A DNA stretch of 48,585 bases from Catajapyx aquilonaris. Lineage: Eukaryota. Below are positions 1 to 12,740 of this stretch, in pieces. A program made the position numbers and the translations under genes. The stretch is from the NCBI GenBank assembly GCA_000934665.2, contig KZ538770.1, forward strand, positions 1-48,585, written 5' to 3'. Position 1 is the first letter of the stretch, and every line of letters starts with the position of its first letter. The notes under the pieces are model-generated. The model was not told the DNA's origin. It did no database searches and saw only the letters and a program-made list of their open reading frames with translations.

Positions 1-990
1 AACCACGACCCCTTATAAGTCACTTTCCTTTTTCGTGAAACTACACCAAGCAGCTTCAATTTCCTTGCACGACACCCGTGACAGTTGGTATTGCCTTTCA
101 GTTTAGGCATTCCTACCACACATAGCACATGTTGCACTGGAACCCAGCACTTATCATCAGGATTTGGCCAATAGTAGGATCTTGCTGGGCCATGTGGGTG
201 CATAAATTTCACATATACGTCACCATCAAAGTCATGTTTTCCCATTTCATCCACAACCCCAAGATACCAATGGTGATTGTAAACACATGCAACAAAAGAG
301 TTCACTTGCAATTGTAAGATGTTTGGTTCGTGCCTGCTCATTTTGAAGTGAAATGTTAATGAAATGTTTAGTAATTGTGTCCTCTTTAGGCCAATGAAAG
401 AGACTCAAATTATCATGTCCAGATACTGGAGTAATTATATAGCAATCTGAAGGCGTGTGTCAATAGAACAGTCTTGTTGATTGACACTTTGTGTTAATGT
501 ACCATTTATCAAGGTGAAAACCCAAAATACAGAGACAAATTTTTACACCTCCTGAAAGTAGACTTCAAGACCTTCCTTTTGGTGCAATTTCATTAAAATT
601 TGAGGATACACATTTTGGGAATGAGCTGTGAAAGTTTCAAGGTCATGCCAACAAATGTTATTGATTAATGTGTGAAGATATGATCTCAGCACAAATCTGA
701 CAGCATTTTTGGAATCGGAAGGTTTCTGTGCACAAGTACAAATATTTTCAATTTTCTACACCAATTAGTTAACACACAATAAAATATTTTGAAAAACAAG
801 TCGTTCCTTCACAACTCTGCCGTAGCCATTTTCACCCTCATTTCCCTGGCCACAGCTCAAGAACTATAAGAGCTAGGAGGCTAAAATTTTCAGGATATTA
901 GCCTCTCAGTACACCGTTTGCCCAGTTAAAATTTCAAGAAAATCTGAGATGGTGGGTGACATGGCTGGATGTACTGACATGGAATGACCC
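1..990 (-). mobile_element. Sola2-like DNA transposon remnant (terminus at 990, continues off the left edge)
   Basis: Minus-strand terminus GGGTCATTCCATGTCAG at 990-974 (GRG-type end), lying ~650 bp from a transposase C-terminal fragment on the same strand. Confidence 0.55.
93..341 (-). pseudogene. Transposase C-terminal fragment (Sola2-like)
   Basis: Manual translation: MSRHEPNILQLQVNSFVACVYNHHWYLGVVDEMGKHDFDGDVYVKFMHPHGPARSYYWPNPDDKCWVPVQHVLCVVGMPKLKG. The VACVY..W..G..VKFMHPHGP..WP..DD.CWVP pattern is recalled from Sola2 transposases. The frame is open to the window edge and is absent from the ORF track. Confidence 0.65.
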
Positions 991-1583
991 TTGTAAGCAT
1001 TTCCAAGGAAACTCAAAAAGTCAGAAGTTCCAGAATGGGGAACTAGCCTTGGTCTGGGATTTGGGATTTTTGTTCATAACTAGCTAGCCCATGCCTGTAA
1101 ACATACATTCCATCACTCTGTTGCATCAAAATGACATTACTGGATAAATTACGGCATATTTAAAAGTGCCTTCAGGATGCCCCCCCTTGGGAACCTTCCC
1201 CTCCCCCCAAAACGACCCGAATGGCTTGAGCATGGGGTAACAATAAACAAAATATGAGTGTCCGGGGGGGGTGCTGTAGTCCTAAATGAATTGTTAACAG
1301 CATTTGCTGGAAAAATAATACAGATTTGGAGGTGCAGCTGCAGTCTTATCTTAGCCCAATGTGTCCCTGAGTGGGTAATGTGCAGACATTTGACCCAAGG
1401 CTGAAGTAGGAAGACCTTCATGAAACACTGCATATCCTGGGTTTTAGGAGTTTAGGTTGAGTCCTGGTCTTTCATATATTTCCTGATTGACCAGTTCATT
1501 TCCTCACTGTGGAGGAATAGGAATTATTATTTATTTGTGCTGAAGAGTTTGGGACAATTTATGTATGTGTTTGATTCTTTCAG

Positions 1584-4500
1584 ATCCCTGCATTTTCATG
1601 AGAAGAATCATGGGAATGAGGAGGAAACAAAATTCAAGTGTGATGTTTGCTTCAAGCCTTATCAGAGCAGTGTAAGGCTCCAGACACACATGGACAAGGA
1701 GCACTCCATGAATGAAGAGACAGGCACATCCATGTTAAAATGTGATGATTGTGGCAAGCAATTCGCAAGGTTACAGCAGCTAGCGGTGCACTCTGTGAAG
1801 AAACATGGGTAGGTCGGGAGCAAATGTAGGAATTGTATCTCTAAATTGTCGCAGGTTTTAAAATCTGTTGGTATACTGTAACATGGAAGCACATACATCA
1901 GAAATTTTCAAGTGAATTCATTTGAATTTACCAGCCCAGATTATTGTGACCTTTTTGCCAAGGATAGTAAACCAGAAATTTTTGTTTCAAAGAGTGTGCC
2001 AGTGTCAAGTGCAACCATTGAGAGACATCTGTGTTAATGTTATTTGCTACTAGTGTTCCAGTGAGTGCTGAAAAGAGGGCCCTGGCAGCCGAGATATCTT
2101 CTCATAAAGTCCACATTGTTATAACTCAAGTTGAAAAGCCTGATGTGGTGGATGACTTGAAACCTGAAGCAAAGACTGATGTGAAGGATAAGACGAAATC
2201 TGGAGCAAAACCTGATGCAAAGGATAACATGAAATCTGAAGTGAAGAATAATGTGAAGACCCCTGTCAAGGGTAATGCAAAGGCCAGTGCAAAGTCTGAT
2301 CTGAGTCATGGGAGAAAGGGGAAGCGAAAGCCCAAAGCACACTGCCAGGAATGTGGCATGGAGTGTGCCACCGAAGTCCACCTGCGCAACCACATGATGA
2401 AGCATGGGTTAGCTGGGGAAAGGACCTTTCAGTGCAGATGGTGTACAAAAAGGTATGGAGTGCAATTTTTAATTTCCTTCTCCCCTTCCCATTCCACTCT
2501 CTCTTGCTTTCCAGTGTGATTGTTGTGCAATTCCAAATATATTGTGTCATGCGCACCGTGAACGAATATTTCCATGTCTGGTGGCGGACTTTCAGGAAGG
2601 CACATTATTTACTGCATCATTTCCAGTCCCAGTGGTAGCGTAGAGGCACCTCTGTACAGTGCTAAATTCATGACATCTACCATGCATCATTACAATGGTA
2701 TGATGCTTTTCCCAATCTTCATCCAAGCAGATTCGCAGGTGAACGTACTGTTATGGGGTTGGGCTAGTAGGTAAACACTAGATTTTGCACTCAAGTAGTA
2801 CAATTACAGGGGTTGAAGCTTAAATTTTTTGTCCAGGTGCAAAGTTTGCACTCCAGAGTTCCATTTAGAATGGAAATTACTTTCTCTTGTCCCCAGCTGG
2901 TGACGTCACCCAATGCCTACCATTCCTTACTCACGCAGTTCGCAATCCATCAAGTAGCTTTGCATGTCTGCCGCATTAGAAAATGTCGCTAGCAATGCGA
3001 CAGAATTAATGTCCAGCACTGTACTATAAAAGCTATATATTTACTAGGAGCGTGTTAAAAGTCCTACTCCTGAGAAATAATTTTGAAACAAAATCCCCAA
3101 ATTTTTCAGTTTAGCATGCTAATTTTAATACAGCCCAGTCCCATCAAAATCGACGAAAGTAGGGATTTTAGTTGTCTTGTGGTTCTCAGGGCTGCCTACA
3201 CCGTGGTAAAGACCACTGATAATATCACTAAGAATTGCAGCAACGCAGTTATGATCACGACACATGCCCTTCCCCTCTCATATAATTCTCCACCTTGTCG
3301 TGGTGGGAAGGGGCTTGCGTTTCTCCCCCGAGAGCTATGCCAGAGGTAGATTCATCTACTCGCAGGGCCACCCCAGTCAGAAAGATCTTTGGGGTAGGAG
3401 ACAGGCTTTCGTCTCTTCTTTTTTCTATTAGTTTCTGTCTCCATCTATCCCACCTTTGTGTGGCCATGAAGTAAGGGGCACAGGTTGGATGAGCAATAAC
3501 TCAATAAGAAAATTAATGAAAGCTAGTAAATCTACCAGAAACCATGTATAGAGTCAAGAAAACATAACGCATACAGAATTTCCAACTTGGGCACCAGTCA
3601 AGCAGCTGCAAATTTGAAGTCTTATTTTGCCCTTCTCAAATGCTTTTCTGCTGATCACCACAGGAATTAAACTTCTCAATAATAACTTGGCAAAGATGAG
3701 TAACATCACGTTTTAAATTATTTGGTATGCTTGTACAGTGCAATTGATTTTTTTAAATGTCCCCAAAGGAAAAAGTCACCTGGCATAAGGTAAGGGGAGC
3801 ATACGGCCTATTTGTCGAAGTAAGACCTCACGCTTGCATCTACTTGAATGGTGCCCCAGTTGACCCAAGTTGGAAAATCAGTATGCATTCTGTTTTCCTG
3901 GCTTGATATCTGTTTTCTTGTAGTTTTATTTGCTTGCATTCAATTTTCTTATTGACTTACTATTCATCAAACATGTCCCCCTTACTTCATGGCCACTCTG
4001 TACAGGCCGATAGCCATAGTTCCTTTGGCTTCTTCCTAATAAACCGAACCAATCAGTACACATGATCACACAGGGATACGCACACGGAATAGGTATGCAA
4101 CACAGCCTCCACTACAATACGCTACTTCTGTGCTTTGCCCCTCCTTCCCCCCAGTTTGACCCAACCAATATATATTGCATTATCCTTTGTTCCATGATTG
4201 TTTTCGCCATATTGACACAGTATGATCTTGCTTCTGACAGGTTCTTCACTGAAATCAGTTTGAGTCAGCACACCATTATACACACAAGTGAGAAGCCTTT
4301 TGGTTGCCATTATTGTGACAGGCACTTTTATACATCCCACAACTTGGACCAACATCTGGTTGTTCATGCCCGGGAAAATGGAGGCATGATATCTCCAAGC
4401 ACCTCCTTTGCAGTTGTTACAAAAGTCTGCAGTGCTGATGAACCTGTTAAGAAGAAGAAGAAGGTATGATATAGACAGATAATAGAATTATTGTACACTT

Positions 4501-7028
4501 TATGAGTTTATTTGTAGGGTAAGTTGGGGTATGTGCGATAGTGGGGCAAGTGCAGGATTACTTCTAATATACATGGTTCGGAAATTTAACCTACCGTCGA
4601 TTTGGGAAATGATAGAGGGGTTCTAGGCGATCACTTTGAGCGTATACAACATGAGTCTCCAACACATAGTTACTCAGATAATTGGCATTAAATAAAAAGT
4701 GCATTATCCCAGCTTATAAATTTCGGATACTGCTTACGACACTTCCATCGCCTAACTACACCCTGCTACACCTAACAGGATTGTAAATTAAAATTAAATT
4801 ACATGGTAACACCTGATATTTAATTATAAAAGGTAAAGTCGTGTGGAGGGACGCATACGTGCCAGGATATTTTATTCCAAGTTGTGTTTGAATCCAAATT
4901 CAAGTAAATATTGACTACGACCTTTTCCTACTCTGCTAAAAGTAGCGTGATCTTCTCTCTTCTGTCACACTGATTTAAAAATTGCCGCCAAGCTCATGGT
5001 GGTGTTTTAACTTTTCTGGCAAGTATGTAAGTGTCTTTTGCAGGATTCCTGACGAGTCTGGAATCGCATGCTGTGTAGCTGGTACGGCACTGTACATAAG
5101 AGGTTAAGGTGTACTATCACACTTATTGTTCCGTTTTGGTGGAATAATCAGGGTGGTTTTTAAAAGGGGGGCCGCACGTGCCCCTTACTAGGCATTGTCA
5201 GGGGCAAGTGCGTACCCAATTAATAGGGCATATGGATCGAAATGCAATATTGGAGGAATAAAGATAGCAGTTGCCAAAAGAGGCGGCAAGACATCTTTTT
5301 GTGGTCACCAATGGATATTCCACAACTGGTGACAGGCTAATTTTGGACACTGCACTGGTGTGAAAACACTTCCACAGAATACATTGTAATCAAGCAATGC
5401 CAGTACTGTTAGCCAACCTGTTGCGAAGCAGGGAATAAAAGTTTGTCCTGTAAGAACTTTGAATTTTTTGATTCGGGAAAATCAGACTGACAGAGGAAGT
5501 TTGTCTTTGTGGCACTAGTCCTATGCAACCCGAAAAATGTTTATTACTCTTAGAGAATTCTACAATCGCACTTACCCCATGTCGTGGGGCAAGTGCTACA
5601 CTCTGCACTACGTGCAAATTTTAATTATTTTTCGGAGCACCCAAGTAGATCAATGTTATGCAGTAGGGCACTTTGAAAGCCAATAAGGTAAGGTATGTTG
5701 TCAGGTATAAAGCCAGAGATACCAGGGACTAATTTTTCGGCGCAGCTGCTCACTGACCCCTCAGGCATATGGGTATCCAAAAAGGTTCACACTTATGTGA
5801 TTCAGAGTGTAGTGTAGACCTATTTAAATGTATTTAATAACCTTTGTGGCATAATTTCCGATAGAATATATTGCACGTAAAAATTGCTGCTGCTACCGCG
5901 CGACCCCCCAGAAAAGGCTTCTCAAACCCCGGGTTGGGAACAACGGTATTAGACGCTTAAATAGTGTACAGTCACAATGTCCATCTTGTTTTGTGATTTA
6001 TGCTGCTTTGCATGATAGAGGATAATACTGAAGAGTTTGCTTCACAGCAGTTGCATGATTGGTGGTAAATTTAGAACAAAGAGGCTAATCCAATATGTTA
6101 ATCACTTGTTCTGGATTTATACTGTAATGTAGAGTGTAGGTCACATAGAACTGCCCCTAAAGACAGAAAAAAATGAACAATTTAATATATTAATGTGCTG
6201 TGTTGTTTGAGTGTAAGTTACAATTGGATTTAAAGCTGAAAACTATGGAATTTTCTTTTTCTATTTCCTTTACTTGGCTCATGTGAGATATTTTAGTTTC
6301 ACAAAGAGGCCTTCAGCAATAATTTACTATGGCTGGTCTATGAGACTCGCATGTAATTCACCTTAGATGCGTCATATGCTGGCATTGGAAGAGAGGTGGT
6401 TCTTCTAAATGTAAACTTCATTTTCATTCAGGTTGGCCATACTCCAGTGACACCTCCAAGCCTTCCTCCTTCCCCCCTTCCAAAGGCCAATATGGATTCC
6501 AGTTCTGCTTCCACTTCCTCAACCTCTACCTCAGCACCTGTTCCTCCAGCCAAGCCTCCTACCCCGAAACCGTCCTCCCCCAGCAAAAGCAACAGTTCGA
6601 CCAAGTTGCCCTGTCCTCTGTGTCGCAGGCGCTTCCGGGGCAGCATAGGCCTGTCTCAGCACATGCGCTTTGCCCATCCAGAGGAGGATCAATTCAAGTG
6701 CACCAAGTGCCCCAAGTGTTTCCATACAAAGCATGACCTTGCGCAGCACTTGCTGATGCATTCTAATGAAAGACCTTACCAGTGCAGTTACTGTTGCCGA
6801 AGCTTTGCCAGTTCAGCACTCCAGTTGGCCCACATGCGGGTGCACCAGTTTGGGATACTGCAATCTTGCCACCTGTGCCCCAAGGTCTTCAACAGCAAAC
6901 CTGAGCTGAAAGACCACCTTGCCCTGCATCCCCAGATGCCCACGAAAGTTTCTGGAAAGATTAGTGAGGAAGAGGTGGTCTATGTGACAGAGGACGCAAG
7001 CGTGGATGAGGTGATCTACATTGTATAG
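1584..7028 (+). CDS. Multi-C2H2 zinc-finger protein, 5' end not seen (ZnF unit 1)
   Basis: Phase-consistent GT-AG exons 1584-1808, 2054-2452, 4241-4463, 6432-7028 (TAG). Splicing 2452>4241 rebuilds the finger CRWCTK|RFFTEISLSQHTIIH. Nine complete CxxC..H..H fingers plus a partial one at the 5' edge. Confidence 0.9.
3286..3461 (+). mobile_element. RTE-clade retroelement 5'-region-like dispersed repeat, copy 1
   Basis: CCACCTTGTCGTGGTGGGAAGGGGCTTGCGT...GAGAGCTATGCC...CAGGGCCACCC resembles RTE (Expander/BovB-type) 5' UTRs. A second copy is at 21632-21796. Confidence 0.55.
3460..4000. mobile_element. Tc1/mariner-like MITE with ~140-bp imperfect TIRs
   Basis: GTGGCCATGAAGTAAGGGG...TTTCCAACTTGGG at the left is mirrored by CCCAAGTTGGAAA...CCCCTTACTTCATGGCCACTCTG-TA at the right. 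The left tip is lost at the junction with the RTE-like repeat. Confidence 0.75.
4516..5620. mobile_element. Putative non-autonomous DNA transposon relic (pogo-like)
   Basis: Recurrent GGGGCAAGTGC / GCACTTACCCC motifs in both orientations (~4542, 5175, 5200, 5568, 5586). Boundaries uncertain. Confidence 0.35.
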
Positions 7029-7236
7029 TGAAGGTTCATTGATGCGGGATGCAGCAGCACAGAAGCAACTCCAAAATCTCAAAAGCATAAAGTGCTACTC
7101 ATTAGCACAGACTCAATAACCAATGACATCTACAGCATCTTGGCCTAGCTGTTTGTCCTGCTGTAAAATGCAACTTTGAACCTGCAGGGGAAGTTTTTTT
7201 TTGGTATACTTACTCCTTTGGAGAAGATATTAATTA

Positions 7237-8156
7237 CACTATGCAACACGATATTTGTCCATGGAAATTTATTGCTGTTTCCATGTTCCTTAGGTCACTC
7301 GTAACTCACAACTCATCATCCCAATCAAGTGAGACTAAATGTTGCTAGACCATCTTGGATTTTGTTGAAGATAATCACAGACTCTGTATACACCTATGCC
7401 GTAACACTGCATATAAAGTTAGAGCCAATTGCGAAGTACCATGGGGAGGGGTAAAATCGCTAAATTTTGAAAATGGAGCCTTGGATAATTTTTTTTCGGT
7501 TATTGGAAGTGGTAGAAACCCAATCAATATGTGCATCAAATGAAAGAGAAACGCGAATGGAATGCGCCTTTGGAATTTGTTTTTCTGGAAAATGCACTCA
7601 GAAAAACATGTGACATTTCATCAGTCTCATGTCCAAGAATTTGGCTCCATTAAAATTAATGATAATTCGGCAAACATATCTATTATTTTCTCGCGAGCTA
7701 TGCATGACCCAGGATTGAAACTGAACATATTGAATCTTGTATGGGTCACAACTTACTATTGTCACCAAATATGGCTGGTCTTACGAAAATACATCACTAA
7801 TTTTTGTGGTCTAAACACTTGGACATGTTACGGAGCATGTGACTGAGGGAATAACACATGTTTTTCTGAGTGTAATTTCAAGAAAAACCAATTCCATAGT
7901 GGCATTCTTCTCGCGTTTCTCTTTCACTTGATGTATATGTTGATTGGGTTTTGACCACTTCCAATATCTGCATAAAATTGTCCAAAACAGGCCTAGTTTT
8001 CAAAATTTTGCGATTTTTCGCAATTTGGGTGAAACTTGATATGCAGTGTTATGGCATAAATGTGTACAGCTGTGATAAGTTACTTGTGACCTAAGGAACA
8101 TGAATATGGCGATGAATTTCCATGGACTAAAAAAAGTCACATTTTGTTGCATAGTG
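7237..8156. mobile_element. Foldback MITE, CMC (Chapaev3/CACTA-like)
   Basis: Termini CACTATGCAACA...TGTTGCATAGTG with a 3-bp TTA duplication on both sides. The arms are imperfectly complementary over several hundred bp. Confidence 0.8.
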
Positions 8157-8782
8157 TTATCTGCATCATACAACTGAAAGGTGCCACAGCAGAATGGGCA
8201 AGGGCCATTTTCAGTTGAGGAGGATATTTTTTAAGCATCGTTATTTGCTCTGAAATTATCAGGGGGTTAAAGGAAGACATTGAAGGAGCACACAGTTTCA
8301 GTCTCTGCCTTACAATCACAATCAAGTGTTAACTTATAGGCTACTTAAAGGTAGTAAAGATGAAACCTACAGTTTCAGCCGACATGAAGCAATAGTCACT
8401 TATATTTGAGAGTTAATAACTTAATTTTACTCTCTGCTATTGGACAACAAAATTAATTTTAAGCTATTCGTGTGACTTTCAGCTGAATTTTTTTTCTCCA
8501 CTTACTGGGTAATCGTACTTATGGGAATGGTAGTTGCCAAATCAAAATGTCTCTGCAGCATGTGGTTTTTCGTACACAGACTGCCAAGTGTAAATTTCTG
8601 TTCATCTTTCGGTTGGAGATCTTTGATTGGAGGCTTGTAATTGTAACTTGCCAAAAGCATCTTCAAAATGTGACGCATAATTTTGCTGTGCATTATTCAA
8701 CCTACTTGGATTCTGAAGAGACATAGATCTTTGTTTGACCATGTCAGAATACTAGGGCAAATGCAAATGCAAATGCTTCGAC

Positions 8783-8843
8783 TGGTGACAGTGGTGGGTA
8801 AATAGCAAGGTTGAACCTTGCTATTTACCCACCACTGTCACCA
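8783..8843. repeat. Perfect inverted repeat, 30-bp arms, 1-nt spacer
   Basis: TGGTGACAGTGGTGGGTAAATAGCAAGGTT-G-AACCTTGCTATTTACCCACCACTGTCACCA. Confidence 0.95.
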
Positions 8844-11800
8844 TGATGTGAAGGACCCCAAAGCAGTTCATTTTCATTTTCCAAGCTATTTATTACATTG
8901 TGCATAAAAATTTTCAGGGCTAGAGTGTTGGTCTTGTACAAAATGCAGGTCTGTAGCATAATACAGTGATACCATACCTCAATATTATGCAGCATAGTCA
9001 AATGTTAATTCTGTGATATTCTCTTTTGTCTTCTGCTCCTGCCCATCATTCCTTTCATTGGTCTTAACCCCTTCCTATTTACATTCCCGTTGTACTGTAT
9101 ATTCCCGTGAGGGCTAGCATTCTGTATGTAAATTATGATATTAGAGTTAGTTATTGCTGACATGTAGAATAACTCCATAGTTATGCAGAACTAATATTAA
9201 TGCCATCAGCTCTAGAACTGATGGTAAGTTAAGCATACAGGCACCAGAATGTTACATTCAGTATATTTGCTGCGTCACCATATCAAGTGTATATCTGGTA
9301 CAAAATTGATTGGCTGAAATATGTACAGTTTCAGGTATATTAAGTTGAAATAAAGGGGCTCTAATTTTGAAGCTACCAAACCACCTACACTGTGTCAAAT
9401 TTTGAAAAATGGGGGAGTTTCCATTTTCAAATTAAAATAACCATTTCCATAAACATTGTTATGTATAGGTTATCATGAGGTTACTTTTAAGACCATGCAT
9501 TGCAATAATGTCCTTTTGGCTGGTGAGATGGCTAGTGCCATGAATTCAAGTAAGGTAAAATCTTGATTAGATGTTAATCTGATTTGATTTCATGTACCTG
9601 AGTCATATGATTACTGCCTTCAACCCAAGAGACGTGCACCAAACATGAAAGAATTTTTACTCCTTCAAGTACTCAGTTCACATTGCAGAGACAAAGAAAA
9701 ACTAATTAACAAACAACTGCCTAGACTGTCATGTCCATGTAGCTCGGGATCCATGTCACTCATTATGGGAAATCAAGAAATTGTGAATATGCGGAAGCCT
9801 GGGAAATTCTGTGAGACCTCAATCACACTTGTACTTCTGGGTGATAAATGATAGGAGTAAGACAATTATTTTATAAGCACAAGAAGTATGGAAAAATTAT
9901 GCGTATTGTTTCGTAGATTCTGGAGACAATAAAAATCTAATAAGAAATCAATTATTTTACTTCTGAAACATTTTTTTTTCTACTTTTAGGACTGGTTGTC
10001 GGATGAAATTAAGAGAAATTCTTGGATTATGTGTTGTAAATACCTAATCATAACTTTGGGAGATTCTCTCATAATTTACATCATTGATGCAACCAGTTTA
10101 ATTAGGACCTGGTGCAGGACAGCATTGTAGCCAACTTTGATTTATGGAGAGAGATGCACAGTGTGTAATCTAAAATAATTGCAGATTTTCTTTTATACAC
10201 ATCATACAACTGGCTCATGAATGACGTGCTAGAATCTTGTCATGCCTTGTTGCTCTGTGCAAATTAGCTTGATACGTATGAAATAGTTGCAATTTTGACA
10301 GTGTACAAATTCCATGCCTTGAGTAATGGGGACTTCTTTTTGAATCAAGCAACTAGTGGAATTCTTTTATGTGTAGTTAAGCTGGGTCAGAAAAGGGATA
10401 TGTTGAAGTATGAATGCATTGAATTTTAATTCATACAGTGATGTAATTGTATGTGTTTGTTACTCTTAAATTACACACCTCATTGTACCATATGTCCAGC
10501 TGTGTTTCAAAAATTCGCTACTGTGCAGCATGGATTATTTCACACACAACAGGATGTTAGTGGTGTTTCTCAGTCTTTTGCATAAATTTTGTCTTATGGA
10601 TGATGCCGTAAGAAAATTGCACTTCTGCCAAAATGATGATATTGGATTGAGCTGTGTAAATCATAACTGGACTAAGATCCTTAAGATGATAAAGGACATG
10701 TGCTGGGCCTTCAAATGCATGAGACTGCAAGTTATGCATGCATTTAAGTTGTATCCATGATGGGTTGGGATGGGGGGGGGGGNNNNNNNNNNNNNNNNGG
10801 TAATGGGAGGGAGAGGGAGAGAGAGAGAACATTCCACAATGTGCTGTGTAGATGATTTAAATGGTACAGTACAACTGGAACAGGTAGTTTGACATTCCTA
10901 CTAGGAACTGACCTACTTCCACCATTTTTGAGAAGAAAATCTGCAACTGTTAAACAAAATTCAAATATGCTGAAAGATGGCTGCCAAGATTGGTTGCAAA
11001 GCTGGGAGGGTAACTACTCCCATCAATTTTGCACTATTGCTGCACTTTGGACAGTCAGCTTGGGCACTGGGAAGGATTTTCATATCGGCTGACCTGATTT
11101 GGAAGGGGTAGGGGTACTCTGTACCAACATAACCCATGACCTAACTTTCCTTCCTGTTGGATACAGACCTATTTTCAGCAGAGACAGGCCTATCCTTCAG
11201 CAGATACAAACCTAGGAAAGTAGGTAAAAGTGCTGCGTCAGCTGATATGAAAGCTTAGCTGGGCACTGTACTAACCTGTATACAACAAAATTCAATTTTT
11301 TCCTGTGTGACGTTGGCCTTCCATATCTGAATGATAGGTGTGCGGAAAAGTTGAACCCATTCCAGGTGGTATGAAATTCATAGTTCAACAGAAGCGGCAT
11401 AGTCTGTGAATGTTTGCCGTACCTACATTTTGGTGTCATAGTTATGTGGTCTGCTTTTCTCATCTAAGCCTGCATGAGGTACAGTCACAATGATGGCGCA
11501 TGGTAACTTGCACAGGACACATCATGTGATGGGCTACAGAATGAAACAACCAGAATTATTTGGATATATTCACCTAGTTTTCTCACAGTCAGAAGATCTG
11601 TAGAATGAGTAGAGCAAGAATCTTCACGTGTAGCCAGTGTCTCAGGTTGATAGGAGGAACTCGGTTATGAATAAGCTTTCTGGGCATGATGGAGCTTATA
11701 GTAACAAGCTCTAAGATCTGATGCACATGCCTTGATGCATGCCTTCTCTGGAATTCACACCCACTCATCATTGGTCTCTTGCTCCTATGTTTTAGTCATT

Positions 11801-12740
11801 TCTAGTTGTAAGAATCCAAAATGCCAAATGAGAGTCCAGCAACCATTCAGACATTAGGGGCAAAGTCATGCATTATATCACATTTACACAGATGTTCCAA
11901 TTCAGTTTTCCTTGGCAGTTAGCTACTTTTTGGTACTAAAAAATCACTTAACATCTAAGGGCTTTTTAATCAGAACACACTACTACATAGACCACCTACA
12001 CATTCTGCTTTGCCCTCAACACAGTTTTGGGTATCGAAGAAAAAAAGATGGTCTAATAATCCCTAGGAATCTTTTTAACCACTTTCGACACTTTGTCACC
12101 ATCCCTGTAAAAGCCTTCTCCTGGTTAAATATCAGCATGTAGAATCCTTCTGACCCACGTGTACCACATTATTTGCCTGCAGATTACCCACTTATCCACT
12201 TTCACTGTTATAGTGTATTTGAAAATAAAAAGTTTCGTCACTCAAAAGGTTTACTTTCACTGGAAAGCTCAGTGCTTCCTCAGTAGCCATTCTGTCACTT
12301 GCCTTGCTGTGGCACCCTTTACGTTGGATGCATAGTTTTGCTGTGTTGTCCAGCCATGGTTTGAAATCAGCTGTCATCCACTGCTTCATCTGAATGCCAT
12401 CCTTCCTCCCCAACCCACACATGCACATTTGTTTTAAAATAATAATAATGCTAGTAATCTCACTAATAACTATGGATGTTGTGAAACTGAATACGGATGA
12501 TTTGTGGGAATAATGGAACTTTCAATCTGTAAAGTGCATGGCAACTTGGAGAGTGTCTGACAGTTATGCACGGTAACACTGCACCAAAACTATTTCCATT
12601 CACAGACATCTCATCCAATGAAATTTCACTCACTGAATTCTCTTCTTTTTGTCTAAGTGTATTGTATGAGAATCCCACCAGACAAAGTGTGAATGGATGC
12701 ATTTGGCAAGATGGATGAATATGATTTGAGAATTGGTATA

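Noticed and set aside
10762..10830. G-rich tract as a G-quadruplex element
   Set aside because: Interrupted by an N gap and poly-G is unreliable in the assembly. Same for ~17400 and ~37740
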